NCBI GenBank assembly: GCA_022749895.1
Contig: JAKIWS010000002.1
Coordinates: 24,387 to 88,386, forward strand
From: Thermoplasmata archaeon
GTDB lineage: Archaea > Thermoplasmatota > Thermoplasmata > Lutacidiplasmatales > UBA184
Length of the DNA: 64,000 bases
Direction of reading: 5' to 3'
The position numbers were made by a program, and so were the translations under genes. Of this stretch, positions 42,264 to 51,775 are shown piece by piece (the stretch's first letter is position 1; every line of letters begins with the position of its first letter). The notes under the pieces are model-generated. The model did not search any database, had not been told where the DNA came from, and worked only from the letters and a program-made list of their open reading frames with translations.

Positions 42264-42356
42264 CCGCGGCCGTATTCCGACCGCGGGAAAACCGTTGCTC
42301 CGATTCCCTCCGCTCCCGTCGCAACCGAGATAGGCGGGGCGTTCGTTCGCGCGAAC

Positions 42357-42794
42357 ATGCAGGTCGCCCACGACGGCAATCGGTGGATGGTTCGACTGGC
42401 CGAGGGGGAGGATCTGCACACGCAACTCGGCGCGCTGGCCGATACGGCCGGGATTCGGGCGGGCGCCGTCGTCATGGGGATCGGGATGCTCGGTTCCGCC
42501 TCGATCGGCTTCTGGAACGGAAGGGAGTACGCGACGCGCGAACTGGCGACCCCGCACGAGCTTCTGTCGCTGGGCGGTTCGATCGCCGTCGCCGACGGGC
42601 GCCCGTCGGTGCATCTTCACGCGAGCTTGGGGACCCCGACGCACGCGGTGGTGGGGGGCCACCTCGTCTGGGGACGCGTCGGGATCCTGGCGGAGATCCT
42701 GGTCACGGGGTTCCCGGGTCGGACGTTCGGCCGTCCGATGGTCGAGAGCCTCGGCCTGCGGGCGCTCGACCTCGAGCCAGGCCCGACCGCGTGA
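42357..42794 (+). CDS. PPC (DUF296) domain protein
   Basis: ATG 42357 lies inside ORF 42015..42794. The pattern VRLAEGEDLHTQLGALADTAGIRAGAVVMGIGML...ELLSLGGSIA...PSVHLHASL...GGHL...AEILV is typical of PPC domains. Confidence 0.6.
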   Translation: MQVAHDGNRWMVRLAEGEDLHTQLGALADTAGIRAGAVVMGIGMLGSASIGFWNGREYATRELATPHELLSLGGSIAVADGRPSVHLHASLGTPTHAVVGGHLVWGRVGILAEILVTGFPGRTFGRPMVESLGLRALDLEPGPTA

Positions 42795-42856
42795 GAACCT
42801 GGGCGTAACGCGCTCCCCCCGACGGCTTATCGTTCCCCCGATGCCCTCCGTCGCGT

Positions 42857-45679
42857 GTGCCCACCGAATCCGTCGCCGGGCTCGAACGTCTGCACGGCCG
42901 CCTGCTCGAGGCGATCCGCCGTCGCGGTTGGGTCGAGCCGACCGAGATCCAGAAGCTCGCCGTCCCGCTCCTCCACGAATCGACCGATGCGCTGCTGATC
43001 TCCCCCACGGGCACCGGGAAGACCGAGGCGGCGCTCCTGCCGCTGCTCTCCCGCCAGCTCAAGGACCCGTCCCCGCCCGTGAGCCTGCTCTACGTGACCC
43101 CGCTCCGGGCGCTCAACCGGGACCTGGAGCACCGCCTGGTCGAGCTCGTCGGGGAGATCGGTCTCCGGGCCGCCGTGCGCCATGGGGATACCCCGCCCGC
43201 GGAGCGTCTGCGCCAATCGAAACGCCCCCCGGACCTGCTCCTCACGACGCCGGAAACCCTCCAGCTGTTGCTCGTCGGGCGGAAGCTGCGCGAGGGCCTG
43301 CGCAACGTCCGGGCGGTCGTCATCGACGAGGTCCACGAACTTGCCCCCTCCGACCGGGGCGCCCAGCTCGCGCTCACGCTGGAAAGGCTCGACGAGTTCG
43401 TCGGTCGCCCCGTGCGGCGGGTCGGTCTCTCGGCGACCGTGGGAAACCCCGAGGAGGTCGCCCGCTTCCTCTCCCCGCGGCCGCGGCGGGTCGAGGTTCT
43501 GACGGCCCGACGACCACGCCGCATCGCGATCGAGGTGAAGCTGCCCCGCGTCGACCGGCCCCCGCTTCCCCCCGCGCTCGTGGCGGAATTGAAGGCCGAC
43601 CCCGTGCTCTTGGCCGGACTTCGCACGGTCGAAGAAGAGGTCCGGAGCCACCGGACGACGCTGATCTTCGTCAACACGCGACCGACCGCGGAAGGTCTAT
43701 CGGCCCGGTTGCGACGCTTGGCCCCCGACCTACCGGTCGCGGTGCATCACGGGTCGCTCTCGCGCGAGGTGCGGGAGGAGGCCGAACGGGCGTTCCGGAA
43801 CGGTGAGCTTCGCGCCCTCGTCGCCACCTCCTCCCTCGAGCTCGGGATCGACATCGGCGCGGTCGACCTTGTGCTGCAGTTCGGCTCGCCCCATCAGGCG
43901 GGACGCCTTCTGCAGCGCGTCGGACGTAGCGGGCACCGGGTCGACCGGGAGGTCCGCGGCGCGGTGATCGCCCTCGATGACGAGGACGTGGAGGAAGCCG
44001 CCGTGCTCGCGCGACGGGCCACGCACGGCGAGATCGAGCCGACGCGCTGGCGCACCCGCAACCGCCTCGCGGTCGCACAACAAATTCTCGCCACCCTCCG
44101 CGCCGAGGGGAGCATCGACCGGGTGAAGCTCCGCGACCAGTTCCGCCGCGCCGAGCCGGCCCGGGAGCTCCAGGACGCCGAGTGGGATGCCCTGCTGACC
44201 TACCTCGAGGAGATCGGCCTCCTCCGCGAGGAGGCCCACCGGCTGGTTTCCGGCCGCGGCACCCTGCACCGGTTCTATTCGACGCTCTCGCTGATCCCGG
44301 ACGAGCGGACCTACCGCCTCCGCGACATGGCGACCCGCCGGATCATCGGGACGCTCGACGAGCGGTTCGTCCTCACCCAGATCTTGGCACAGCCGGAGAT
44401 GATCTTCCTCCTCCACGGCCGGACCTGGAAGGTCGTCGAGTTCCGGGACGAAGAGCTGCTCGTCGAGACCGTCGCGGAGATCGGGCAGGAGCCACGCTGG
44501 GTGGGGGAGGACCTTCCGGTCCCGTTCGACGTCGCGCAGGAAATTGGCCGACTGCGCCGGGAACGCGACGTGGCCCACTACCCCCTCGACGCGGCGGCGC
44601 GGACCCACCTGGAGGCTCGGTTCGCCCAGCTCCCCGGCCCGGCCATCCTCCCCGACGACCGGCGCATCACCATCACCGTCTCGGGCCGGTTGGCGATCGT
44701 CGGGGCGTGCTTCGGCACCCGGACCAACGATACGCTCGCTCTCGCGGCCGCCGGACTGCTCACGGCGCGGCTCGGCTCCCGCGTCGACGTCGTGACCGTC
44801 GAGCCTACGTGGATTGTCCTGGGGCTACCGATCGCGGTGGACGGGGCGACGGTACGGGACTGCCTCGCGATCCCGCCCGCGACGCTCGATGGGCTCGTCG
44901 AGCGGCTCGTTCCGAGCGGCCTCGACTACCGGTGGGTGTTCCTCACCGTCGCCCGGAAGCTCGGGATCCTGCCGCCCTCCGCGGACCCGAGAAACCTCCG
45001 GAACCTGGAGCCGCTCCTCGACCGCTCCCGCACGACGCCGCTGGGCGAAGAGGTGCTCGAGAAGACGCTCCACGACCGGTTCGACCTCGGACACGCGCGC
45101 CTCGTTCTCGAGCGCCTCGAGCGCGGGGAGATCGAGGTCCACCTGACCCCGCCGAACCCGTGGAGCGACCTCCCGCTCGCGCGGCTCCGGTGGAGGGAGC
45201 TCCCCGACGTCCCGCCGCCGACGCTCCTCAAGGCGGTCGGGGACCGCCTCCGCCAGGAACCCCTGACGCTCGTGTGCCTGCGCTGCGGGTTCACCCGGAC
45301 GACGACCGCGGCCCGGTACCGGACGGAAGGCGGTAGCCTCTGCCGGATCTGCCACGGTGCGCTCTCGGCCGTGCTCTCCCCTCGGCGCACGGACGAGGTC
45401 GACCGGTTGGCGCGGTACGCGAAGGCGAAGTGGAAGGGACGAAAGACGGCCGGACGCAAGGTCGGGTCGATCGAGGCGCTCGTCCGCCAGGCGTACACTT
45501 CGGCCGAGCTGCTCGCCCACTACGGGGAGCGGGCGCTCCTGTGTCTGGCCGCCCGGGGGATCGGGCCGGATACGGCGCGGCGGCTCCTCGCTCGCCTCTA
45601 CCGTAGCGACGACGAGTTGCTCACCGAAATTTTGCGGGCCGAGCGGAGCTATGCGCGGACCCGCGCGTTTTGGGACTAA
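42857..45679 (+). CDS. lhr: Lhr-family ATP-dependent DNA helicase
   Basis: ORF 42857..45679 (GTG start). Walker A is SPTGTGKTEAALLP and the DEAH-type box is VIDEVHEL. TSSLELGIDIG is present, along with a C-terminal CxxC...CxxC (CLRCGF...CRIC). Confidence 0.85.
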   Translation: MPTESVAGLERLHGRLLEAIRRRGWVEPTEIQKLAVPLLHESTDALLISPTGTGKTEAALLPLLSRQLKDPSPPVSLLYVTPLRALNRDLEHRLVELVGEIGLRAAVRHGDTPPAERLRQSKRPPDLLLTTPETLQLLLVGRKLREGLRNVRAVVIDEVHELAPSDRGAQLALTLERLDEFVGRPVRRVGLSATVGNPEEVARFLSPRPRRVEVLTARRPRRIAIEVKLPRVDRPPLPPALVAELKADPVLLAGLRTVEEEVRSHRTTLIFVNTRPTAEGLSARLRRLAPDLPVAVHHGSLSREVREEAERAFRNGELRALVATSSLELGIDIGAVDLVLQFGSPHQAGRLLQRVGRSGHRVDREVRGAVIALDDEDVEEAAVLARRATHGEIEPTRWRTRNRLAVAQQILATLRAEGSIDRVKLRDQFRRAEPARELQDAEWDALLTYLEEIGLLREEAHRLVSGRGTLHRFYSTLSLIPDERTYRLRDMATRRIIGTLDERFVLTQILAQPEMIFLLHGRTWKVVEFRDEELLVETVAEIGQEPRWVGEDLPVPFDVAQEIGRLRRERDVAHYPLDAAARTHLEARFAQLPGPAILPDDRRITITVSGRLAIVGACFGTRTNDTLALAAAGLLTARLGSRVDVVTVEPTWIVLGLPIAVDGATVRDCLAIPPATLDGLVERLVPSGLDYRWVFLTVARKLGILPPSADPRNLRNLEPLLDRSRTTPLGEEVLEKTLHDRFDLGHARLVLERLERGEIEVHLTPPNPWSDLPLARLRWRELPDVPPPTLLKAVGDRLRQEPLTLVCLRCGFTRTTTAARYRTEGGSLCRICHGALSAVLSPRRTDEVDRLARYAKAKWKGRKTAGRKVGSIEALVRQAYTSAELLAHYGERALLCLAARGIGPDTARRLLARLYRSDDELLTEILRAERSYARTRAFWD

Positions 45680-46680
45680 GGAACGGCCACCGAGCGGGCG
45701 ACCGATTCCACGACCGGTCGGGGCGCCGAAGTGCGGAAGGCGCTCGGCCGAACGTGAGAGCGCACCGCCGCGTACCCCGCTGCCTCAAGAGCTTGCAGGA
45801 GCGGTGCGAGGGCCGGGGGCGAGCGCAGCCCGAGGTTCCCCGCGATCTCGTTCGGCTCGTAGAAGAGGACCGAGGGAACCGTCGCCTCCGCCTTCCAACG
45901 CTCGAGGAGATGCGTGAGCTCGCGCGGGCGGGCGGCGGTCGACGGGGGAGCCAGACGCGCCACCCAATCCGGATCGAACAGCGGACCGACCCAGAGCGGT
46001 CCCACGGCCGGACCCGGGGGCAGCCGCGGACCCTCCCACGTCGAATCCCCGATCCATCCTACGGGGTCCGGTGTCGCGGCGTCGTGGCGGGTCACCGTCA
46101 CGTAACAGCGGAGGTGATGCCCCAACACGTACGCGAGTCGCGGGACGAGCCGCCGACCGGTCCGTCGGGTCGCCCCAGCCAGGTAGGCCAGGAGGATGCG
46201 AAGGCCGCCTTCCGGCCCGAGACGTCCGCGAAGGGGCCGCGCACCGTACCGGCGCTCGCAGGCCGCGCGGTTGGCCCCGGCCAGCACCGGTAGGTCCGTC
46301 GCGGTGACGGCGAGGAGGCCGTCGTCGGCGACGGCCGCCAACGCCGACTCGATGAACGGGACCGGGGAGCCGAACGGGTCGAGGTCGACGTAATCGAACC
46401 CTCCGCGCGACACGGGACGTTGTGCATCCAAGCGAACCACGGCGGCGCCTTCCTCCCGGTACCTCGCCGCATTCTCCCGAAGGACGTCGATCGCCTGCCC
46501 GTCCCGCTCGCTGAGGACCATCGGATGAAACCCCCCGCCTTCGTGGAGGACGCGCAACCCCCGGATCCCGGTGGCCGAGAGCATGTCCCACCCTCGCCGC
46601 GCGCGTCCGGTCGGGAGCGAGGCGCGGGCCACCGCGACGGCGACATCCCGATCGAGCTCCATCGCCGGATTGTAGAACAC
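45676..46680 (-). CDS. trm1: tRNA (guanine26-N2)-dimethyltransferase
   Basis: ORF 45676..46680 (GTG start). FYNPAMELDRDV and ATGIRGLR are present, and the overall Trm1 layout holds. The N-terminus looks about 20-30 aa shorter than I expect for the family. Confidence 0.75.
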   Translation of the reverse strand: MFYNPAMELDRDVAVAVARASLPTGRARRGWDMLSATGIRGLRVLHEGGGFHPMVLSERDGQAIDVLRENAARYREEGAAVVRLDAQRPVSRGGFDYVDLDPFGSPVPFIESALAAVADDGLLAVTATDLPVLAGANRAACERRYGARPLRGRLGPEGGLRILLAYLAGATRRTGRRLVPRLAYVLGHHLRCYVTVTRHDAATPDPVGWIGDSTWEGPRLPPGPAVGPLWVGPLFDPDWVARLAPPSTAARPRELTHLLERWKAEATVPSVLFYEPNEIAGNLGLRSPPALAPLLQALEAAGYAAVRSHVRPSAFRTSAPRPVVESVARSVAVP

Positions 46681-46766
46681 CGCCCGGCGCCGGCCGGGTC
46701 CGCGAACGTTCGTGGACGCCGGTCGGTGAAAGTCGGTGGCGCCTTCGCGACCCAGCGGGGGGAGGG

Positions 46767-47324
46767 CTAGTGGGCCCGGCCGGTCAGGAGGCGGACGATC
46801 TTGATCGCGAGCAGGTTCTTGTTCACCGGCGTCACCTCGAGCAGCCGTAGTTCGTCCCTCCGCCGGATGTCCTGCAGGAGCGGATTGCGGGACTTCTTAT
46901 GAAGCGTCATCACGATCGACTTCTCCGTGTCGAGCGTCTCGATGACGGTCTTGGTGAAGGCGTCGCTCTCGACCTCCATCTTCCCGACCTCGTCGATGAC
47001 GATGACGTCGGCGGTCTCGCGGGCCTCCAGGAGCGACCGCGACCCCAAGCCCTCGAGCGCCGCAAGGTTGACCCCGTACTTCCCGGAGCGGACGCGGGAT
47101 TTGATCGACTCGTGGGCGAACACCTCGGATTCCTTCGTGAGCCAGTTCGTGATCTGGAACCCCGCGCGCCGGTGCTTCTCCACGATCGGTTCGGTCACCA
47201 TGCCCCCGACCTTGATCCCTTCCTGCTCGAGGAGCTGGATGATCCGGAGCAGCGTCTGCGTCTTCCCCGACCCCGGAAGCCCGGTGATTCCGATTTTTAC
47301 CGGGGCGACCGGACGGCGAGGCAT
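46767..47324 (-). CDS. Nucleoside-triphosphatase THEP1 family
   Basis: ATG 47324 lies inside ORF 46767..47390. The P-loop is GLPGSGKT, with VIVIDEVGKME also present. The length is about 185 aa. Confidence 0.8.
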   Translation of the reverse strand: MPRRPVAPVKIGITGLPGSGKTQTLLRIIQLLEQEGIKVGGMVTEPIVEKHRRAGFQITNWLTKESEVFAHESIKSRVRSGKYGVNLAALEGLGSRSLLEARETADVIVIDEVGKMEVESDAFTKTVIETLDTEKSIVMTLHKKSRNPLLQDIRRRDELRLLEVTPVNKNLLAIKIVRLLTGRAH

Positions 47325-47347
47325 GAAGCAAAATCTCCGGGGCTGAC

Positions 47348-48178
47348 ATGGACGCGAGAGATAAGAAACTGCGCGGCTCCGGGACTTCACCCGTGCGACA
47401 TTCGCTCACGGGGCCGGTTCCGGCGGGCGTGTACCCGCCGCGGGAGGATACGGAGCTCCTTCTCCCGTTCGCGACGGTCGCACCCGGTCAACTTCTTCTC
47501 GAGATCGGCTGCGGCGCGGGGCGGGCGAGCCTGACGGCGGCGCGGGCGGGATCGCGCGTCGTCGCGACCGACCGGAACCTCGAGGCGTTGCGGTTCGTGC
47601 GCGATGCGGCTCGCCGAGGATCGCTCGACCTCGAGGTCGTCCGGACCGACCTGGCTTCCGGCCTCCGTCGGTTCGACCGGATCCTGGCGAATCCCCCCTA
47701 CCTTCCGACCCGCCCCAATGAACGGGACCCGGACCCCCGTCACAACCTCGCGCTCGATGGCGGGCCGGACGGTTGGCGGACCACGTCGCGGATCGTGGAT
47801 TCTCTGCCCGAGCATCTGACGCCGACCGGCGAGGCGTTTGTGGTCGTCTCGTCCCGTCAGCGCGAGCTCGGACGTCGGCAGGTCACGCGCCGGTGGCGAA
47901 GCGCCGGCGGTCAGCGGTCGGTCGTCCGACGTCGAGCGCTCGGGGGCGAAGTTCTCGCGGTGTGGAGGCTCCGTCTGCCTCCTAGGGAGGCGTTCGCCCC
48001 GCAGCAGCGCCCGACTACCGGAGCGACTCCGCGTGCTCGACGACGGCCGCGAGGAACCGTTGCCCGTCCCCGGGGCCGTCCGCGGGACCGCTCCGGGTCC
48101 AATCGGGGGCCTGGATCCGGAAGAAATGGCGCTCGGGGTGGGGCATCAACCCGAAGACGTTCCCCTCCGGATTCGTGA
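47348..48178 (+). CDS. HemK/PrmC (Mtq2)-like N5-glutamine methyltransferase, with Arg/Pro-rich 3' extension
   Basis: ORF 47348..48178. Family strings are VYPPREDTELLL, EIGCGAG and the catalytic NPPY. The last ~68 codons are low-complexity and overlap purQ on the opposite strand. Confidence 0.65.
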   Translation: MDARDKKLRGSGTSPVRHSLTGPVPAGVYPPREDTELLLPFATVAPGQLLLEIGCGAGRASLTAARAGSRVVATDRNLEALRFVRDAARRGSLDLEVVRTDLASGLRRFDRILANPPYLPTRPNERDPDPRHNLALDGGPDGWRTTSRIVDSLPEHLTPTGEAFVVVSSRQRELGRRQVTRRWRSAGGQRSVVRRRALGGEVLAVWRLRLPPREAFAPQQRPTTGATPRARRRPRGTVARPRGRPRDRSGSNRGPGSGRNGARGGASTRRRSPPDS

Positions 48179-48842
48179 GACCCGCGACGTCACCGATCGA
48201 CCCGTTCGGATTCCAGGGGTACTCGGCGGAGCTTCCGTCGGGGGCGGACCACCGGAAGAGGACCTGACCGGAGTTCGCGAGGGCTTTGAGTCGGCGGTTA
48301 CCGTCGGCCAGCACGAGCTTGCCCTCGGCATGGGCGACGGGAAACATGAAGAGCGAGCCCTTGGGGGTCTTCCGGAGCGGTACGAAGTTCCCCCCGTCCC
48401 ACCGGATGTACGTCGGGCGGCATTCGAAGTGCCCGGATTCGTTCGACATCAGGGCGGCTTCGGGTGATCCGAGGACCCCGCCCTTGCGGCCCGGCAGCAA
48501 CCCGAGCTCGGTCAGGACTTGGAACCCGTTGCAGATGCCGCCCACGAGGTGGCCGTCCCGCACGAACTCCTCCAACTCCGCCCTCAGCGACGCGCGAAGG
48601 CGGGCCGCGAAGATCGCGCCCGCCCGCACGTAATCACCGCCCGAGAACCCGCCGGGGATGAGCAGGACGTCGAACTCGGAGAGGCGGCGTTCCAGCCCGG
48701 GGGGAACATCCCGCCCCTCGAGCTGCTTGAGATGAACGACCTCGGGCGCCGTCCCGAGCGCGCGCATGGCGACGACCAGCTCCCGGTCGCAGTTCGTCCC
48801 CTCGATCGTGAGCACCGCGACCCGGAGCGCCCGACGGCCCAT
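48015..48842 (-). CDS. purQ: Phosphoribosylformylglycinamidine synthase, glutaminase subunit
   Basis: ORF 48015..48842. Family strings are RVAVLTIEGTNCDRE, the catalytic GICNGFQ and HAEG. Confidence 0.85.
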   Translation of the reverse strand: MGRRALRVAVLTIEGTNCDRELVVAMRALGTAPEVVHLKQLEGRDVPPGLERRLSEFDVLLIPGGFSGGDYVRAGAIFAARLRASLRAELEEFVRDGHLVGGICNGFQVLTELGLLPGRKGGVLGSPEAALMSNESGHFECRPTYIRWDGGNFVPLRKTPKGSLFMFPVAHAEGKLVLADGNRRLKALANSGQVLFRWSAPDGSSAEYPWNPNGSIGDVAGLTNPEGNVFGLMPHPERHFFRIQAPDWTRSGPADGPGDGQRFLAAVVEHAESLR

Positions 48843-48993
48843 GGCCCCCGGAGCGAATCCGGAGCCTAAGGTCTACGGGAGCCCGAGTGCGAGCCATGCC
48901 TTGGCTCGACCGTAGCCGAAGAACGGCGGCCCCTCCCTCGGGGAAATGGGAATCGTTAACGTTGGAGTCGCCTGAGGATTCGTCGGATCGAGC

Positions 48994-49332
48994 ATGGGCG
49001 TCGCCCCCAAGGACTCCGCCGCACACTTTGCGAGGTTGTCCCGGCAGCTCGCCGGCGCCGGAGGTGCCGACTCCCCCCATCGCGAGGGGTTTGGGACCGG
49101 GTCCCTCTTCGTAGGACGCAAGATGTTCGGGCTCTTGGACGGTTCCGGCGCCCTCGTCCTGAAGCTACCTCCGAGCCGCGTCCAGGAGTTGATCGCGCGA
49201 GGCTTGGGGAAGCCGTGGCACCCCGGCACGGGGAAACCACTCAAGGAGTACGTTGCGGTCGGACCCGACCGCCACGCGACGTGGTTGAGCCTCGCCCGGG
49301 AATCTCGGCAGTACATGGGATCCAAGCACTAG
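48994..49332 (+). CDS. TfoX N-terminal domain-like protein
   Basis: ORF 48994..49332. SLFVGRKMFGLLDGSGALVLKLPPSRVQELI...PLKEYVAV resembles the TfoX_N pattern. This is a call from memory only. Confidence 0.45.
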   Translation: MGVAPKDSAAHFARLSRQLAGAGGADSPHREGFGTGSLFVGRKMFGLLDGSGALVLKLPPSRVQELIARGLGKPWHPGTGKPLKEYVAVGPDRHATWLSLARESRQYMGSKH

Positions 49333-49451
49333 CCGGATACTTTCCCGCGCTCTGGCAACCTCGCCCAGCCGAAGGCGGCCAATGGGGACGGAGCCCCGAT
49401 TGAGAGGGTACGTTCGATAATGAGTTGGGCGGTGCCGGAAATCCGATCGGA

Positions 49452-50462
49452 CTACGGCGACGAGATCATGGGTAACGCGATCCCTTCGTGCGCCCACGTG
49501 GCCGGCTCCGCCCGACTGGGGGCGGGAGTCTCCGGCCCTACGAAGTACGGCTGTCGGGTCGCGATGGCGAGCTCGAAGGCACGGTCGAGCGCGCGGTCGG
49601 CATCGGGCGCCCGCAGCAGCTCGCGAAGGTCGACCAGCCCGCGATTTGTCATGAGGCAGCCCTTGAGTTGTCCGTCGGAGGTGACTCGGAGGCGGTGGCA
49701 CGCCATGCAGAAGGCGGGGTTCTCGACCGGCTGCACGACCTCGACCGTGACCGGCGCGCCGTCGCTCGCGAACGTGTATTGGGGCCGGCCGTGCAGTCGA
49801 TTCCGGTCGGTGCGGAACGCGCGCTGCGCGGCGTCCGCGCTCAGACGTCCGAGTTCCGAGTGGAACTGACGGTAGACCTCCGGGTCGACCCGCCCGCTCA
49901 CGTTCTCGAACTCGATGACCTGCAGCCAGGCGCCGGTCTCCTTCGCGAGCGCGAGGAGCGCCGCGGTGGAGGCCTTGTCGTCGTTGCTGCCGTTCAACGC
50001 CACGACGTTGAGCTTGATCGGCGCGAGCCCGGCCGCGCCCGCGGCACGGATACCGCGGAGGACCCGGTCGACGCCGTCGACCCCCGTGAGCTCTCGGTAG
50101 GTCGCCCGGTCCAAGCTCGGGAGGCTGATGTTCACGCGCTCGAGGCCGGCGGCCCGTAGAGGGGCGGCGAGCGCCTCCAGCCGGAGCCCGTTCGTGGTCA
50201 TCGAGAGCTCCTGCATGTGCGGCCGCAGCGCCGCCACGATCTCGACGATATCGCTCCGAAGCGTCGGTTCCCCTCCCGTGAGCTTGACCCGGTCGATGCC
50301 GGCCCGCGCCGCCGCGCGGACGATCCTCGTGAGGTCCGCGACGCCCAGCTCCTCGGTGGAGACCGGCTGGCCCTCCATGTGGCAAAAGACGCACTTGAGA
50401 TTGCACCGCTGGGTGAGCGAGATGCGGAGGTCGGTGACGTCCCGGCCGTACCGGTCGCGCAT
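49452..50462 (-). CDS. moaA: GTP 3',8-cyclase (radical SAM, molybdenum cofactor biosynthesis)
   Basis: ATG 50462 lies inside ORF 49452..51599. The radical-SAM motif is CNLKCVFCH, GGEPTLR is present, and the C-terminal cluster region is FCMACHRLRVTSDGQLKGC. Confidence 0.9.
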   Translation of the reverse strand: MRDRYGRDVTDLRISLTQRCNLKCVFCHMEGQPVSTEELGVADLTRIVRAAARAGIDRVKLTGGEPTLRSDIVEIVAALRPHMQELSMTTNGLRLEALAAPLRAAGLERVNISLPSLDRATYRELTGVDGVDRVLRGIRAAGAAGLAPIKLNVVALNGSNDDKASTAALLALAKETGAWLQVIEFENVSGRVDPEVYRQFHSELGRLSADAAQRAFRTDRNRLHGRPQYTFASDGAPVTVEVVQPVENPAFCMACHRLRVTSDGQLKGCLMTNRGLVDLRELLRAPDADRALDRAFELAIATRQPYFVGPETPAPSRAEPATWAHEGIALPMISSP

Positions 50463-50527
50463 CGATGTGCCATGGGTCGGCTGGATGATAGCCTTTAGCG
50501 GCAGGGTTCGCGCGGCCGCCGGGCCGG

Positions 50528-51775
50528 CTACGGCGAGGAAGCGTCGCCCAGGGGCGGTGGCAGGTAGTGGACCTCGACCTCGGTCCCGCGTGCAAGCGGC
50601 CGGTGGCGGCTGTCGACGAGCGCGAAGGCGTGGACGCCCGCGAGGCTCGTGATCGCGGAGGAATCGTGGAACGTCGGATACCCCCGGCCGTGCTCGATCC
50701 GCAACGGGATCACGGTCGAGAAGCCGGGGGTCGGCGGGTCGTACGACCGGGCGAGTCGCACCGAGCCGACGGTCCACGCCCTCCCCGGGATTCCGGCCAG
50801 CCGCCGGAGGACCGGGAGAAGGAGCCAGTAGCCGTTCAGGAGGCACGAAGTCGGGTGTCCCGGCATCCCGACGACGACCTTCCGTCCCACCCGAACGGCG
50901 AGTGTCGGCTTCCCGGGCCGTACCGCGACCCCGTGGAACAGCATGCGGCCCAGCCGTGGAAAGATCGACGGAAGGTAGTCGCGCTCTCCGACCGAACTCC
51001 CGCCGGTGAGGAGCACGAGGTCGCTCCCCGGGATCGCCGCACGGATCGCCGCCTCGATCTTCGCCGGATCGTCGACGACCGGCAGGTGGGGGTGCGCCTC
51101 GGCGCCGGCCGCCTCGACGACCGCCCCGAGCGTCAGATTGTTCGACTCGTAGATCTGCCCGGGAGCCAGGCGGTGGCCGGGGACGACGAGCTCGTTCCCG
51201 TTGGGTATGATCGCCACCACCGGTCGTGCGAGGACGCGGACCCGCCGGCGTCCGACGGCGGCCAGGGCTCCGAGCGAGGCGGGGGTGAGGGGCCGACCCC
51301 GTTCGACCAGGACGGCCCCGCGGGGAAAGTCCTCCCCCGGATGCGCGACCCGGTTCCCGGGGGGGACCCGACGGGTCACGACGATGGCGCCGCGTCGCCG
51401 CGTGACGACCTCGAAGATCACCACGGCATCGGCCCCGCGGGGGAGGGCCCCGCCGGTCGCGATCGCCGCACACTCGCCCGCCGCGAGCGGCCGGGGCAGG
51501 CGTTCCTCGGCGAAGATCTCCCCGACAATGCGCAACGGGACCGGGCGGGAGGGCGAGGCGCCTCGCGTGCTCCGGGACGCGAGAGCGTAGCCGTCCCACG
51601 TCGCCCGGGCGAACGCCGGGACGGGGGCGGGGGCCCGTACCGTCTCCGCCGCGATCCTTCCCAGCGCCGACGCGAGCCGGAGGCTCTCGGCGCGGCGGAT
51701 CGGGGTGACGGCCGCGATGAGACGTCGACGGGCCTCTTCCGCCGGGATCAACCTTCCGAACGGACGCATCTTCAT
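50528..51775 (-). CDS. moeA: Molybdopterin molybdenumtransferase
   Basis: ATG 51775 lies inside ORF 50528..52270. WDGYAL, GGSSVGERDY and VAVRPGKP are present. Confidence 0.85.
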   Translation of the reverse strand: MKMRPFGRLIPAEEARRRLIAAVTPIRRAESLRLASALGRIAAETVRAPAPVPAFARATWDGYALASRSTRGASPSRPVPLRIVGEIFAEERLPRPLAAGECAAIATGGALPRGADAVVIFEVVTRRRGAIVVTRRVPPGNRVAHPGEDFPRGAVLVERGRPLTPASLGALAAVGRRRVRVLARPVVAIIPNGNELVVPGHRLAPGQIYESNNLTLGAVVEAAGAEAHPHLPVVDDPAKIEAAIRAAIPGSDLVLLTGGSSVGERDYLPSIFPRLGRMLFHGVAVRPGKPTLAVRVGRKVVVGMPGHPTSCLLNGYWLLLPVLRRLAGIPGRAWTVGSVRLARSYDPPTPGFSTVIPLRIEHGRGYPTFHDSSAITSLAGVHAFALVDSRHRPLARGTEVEVHYLPPPLGDASSP

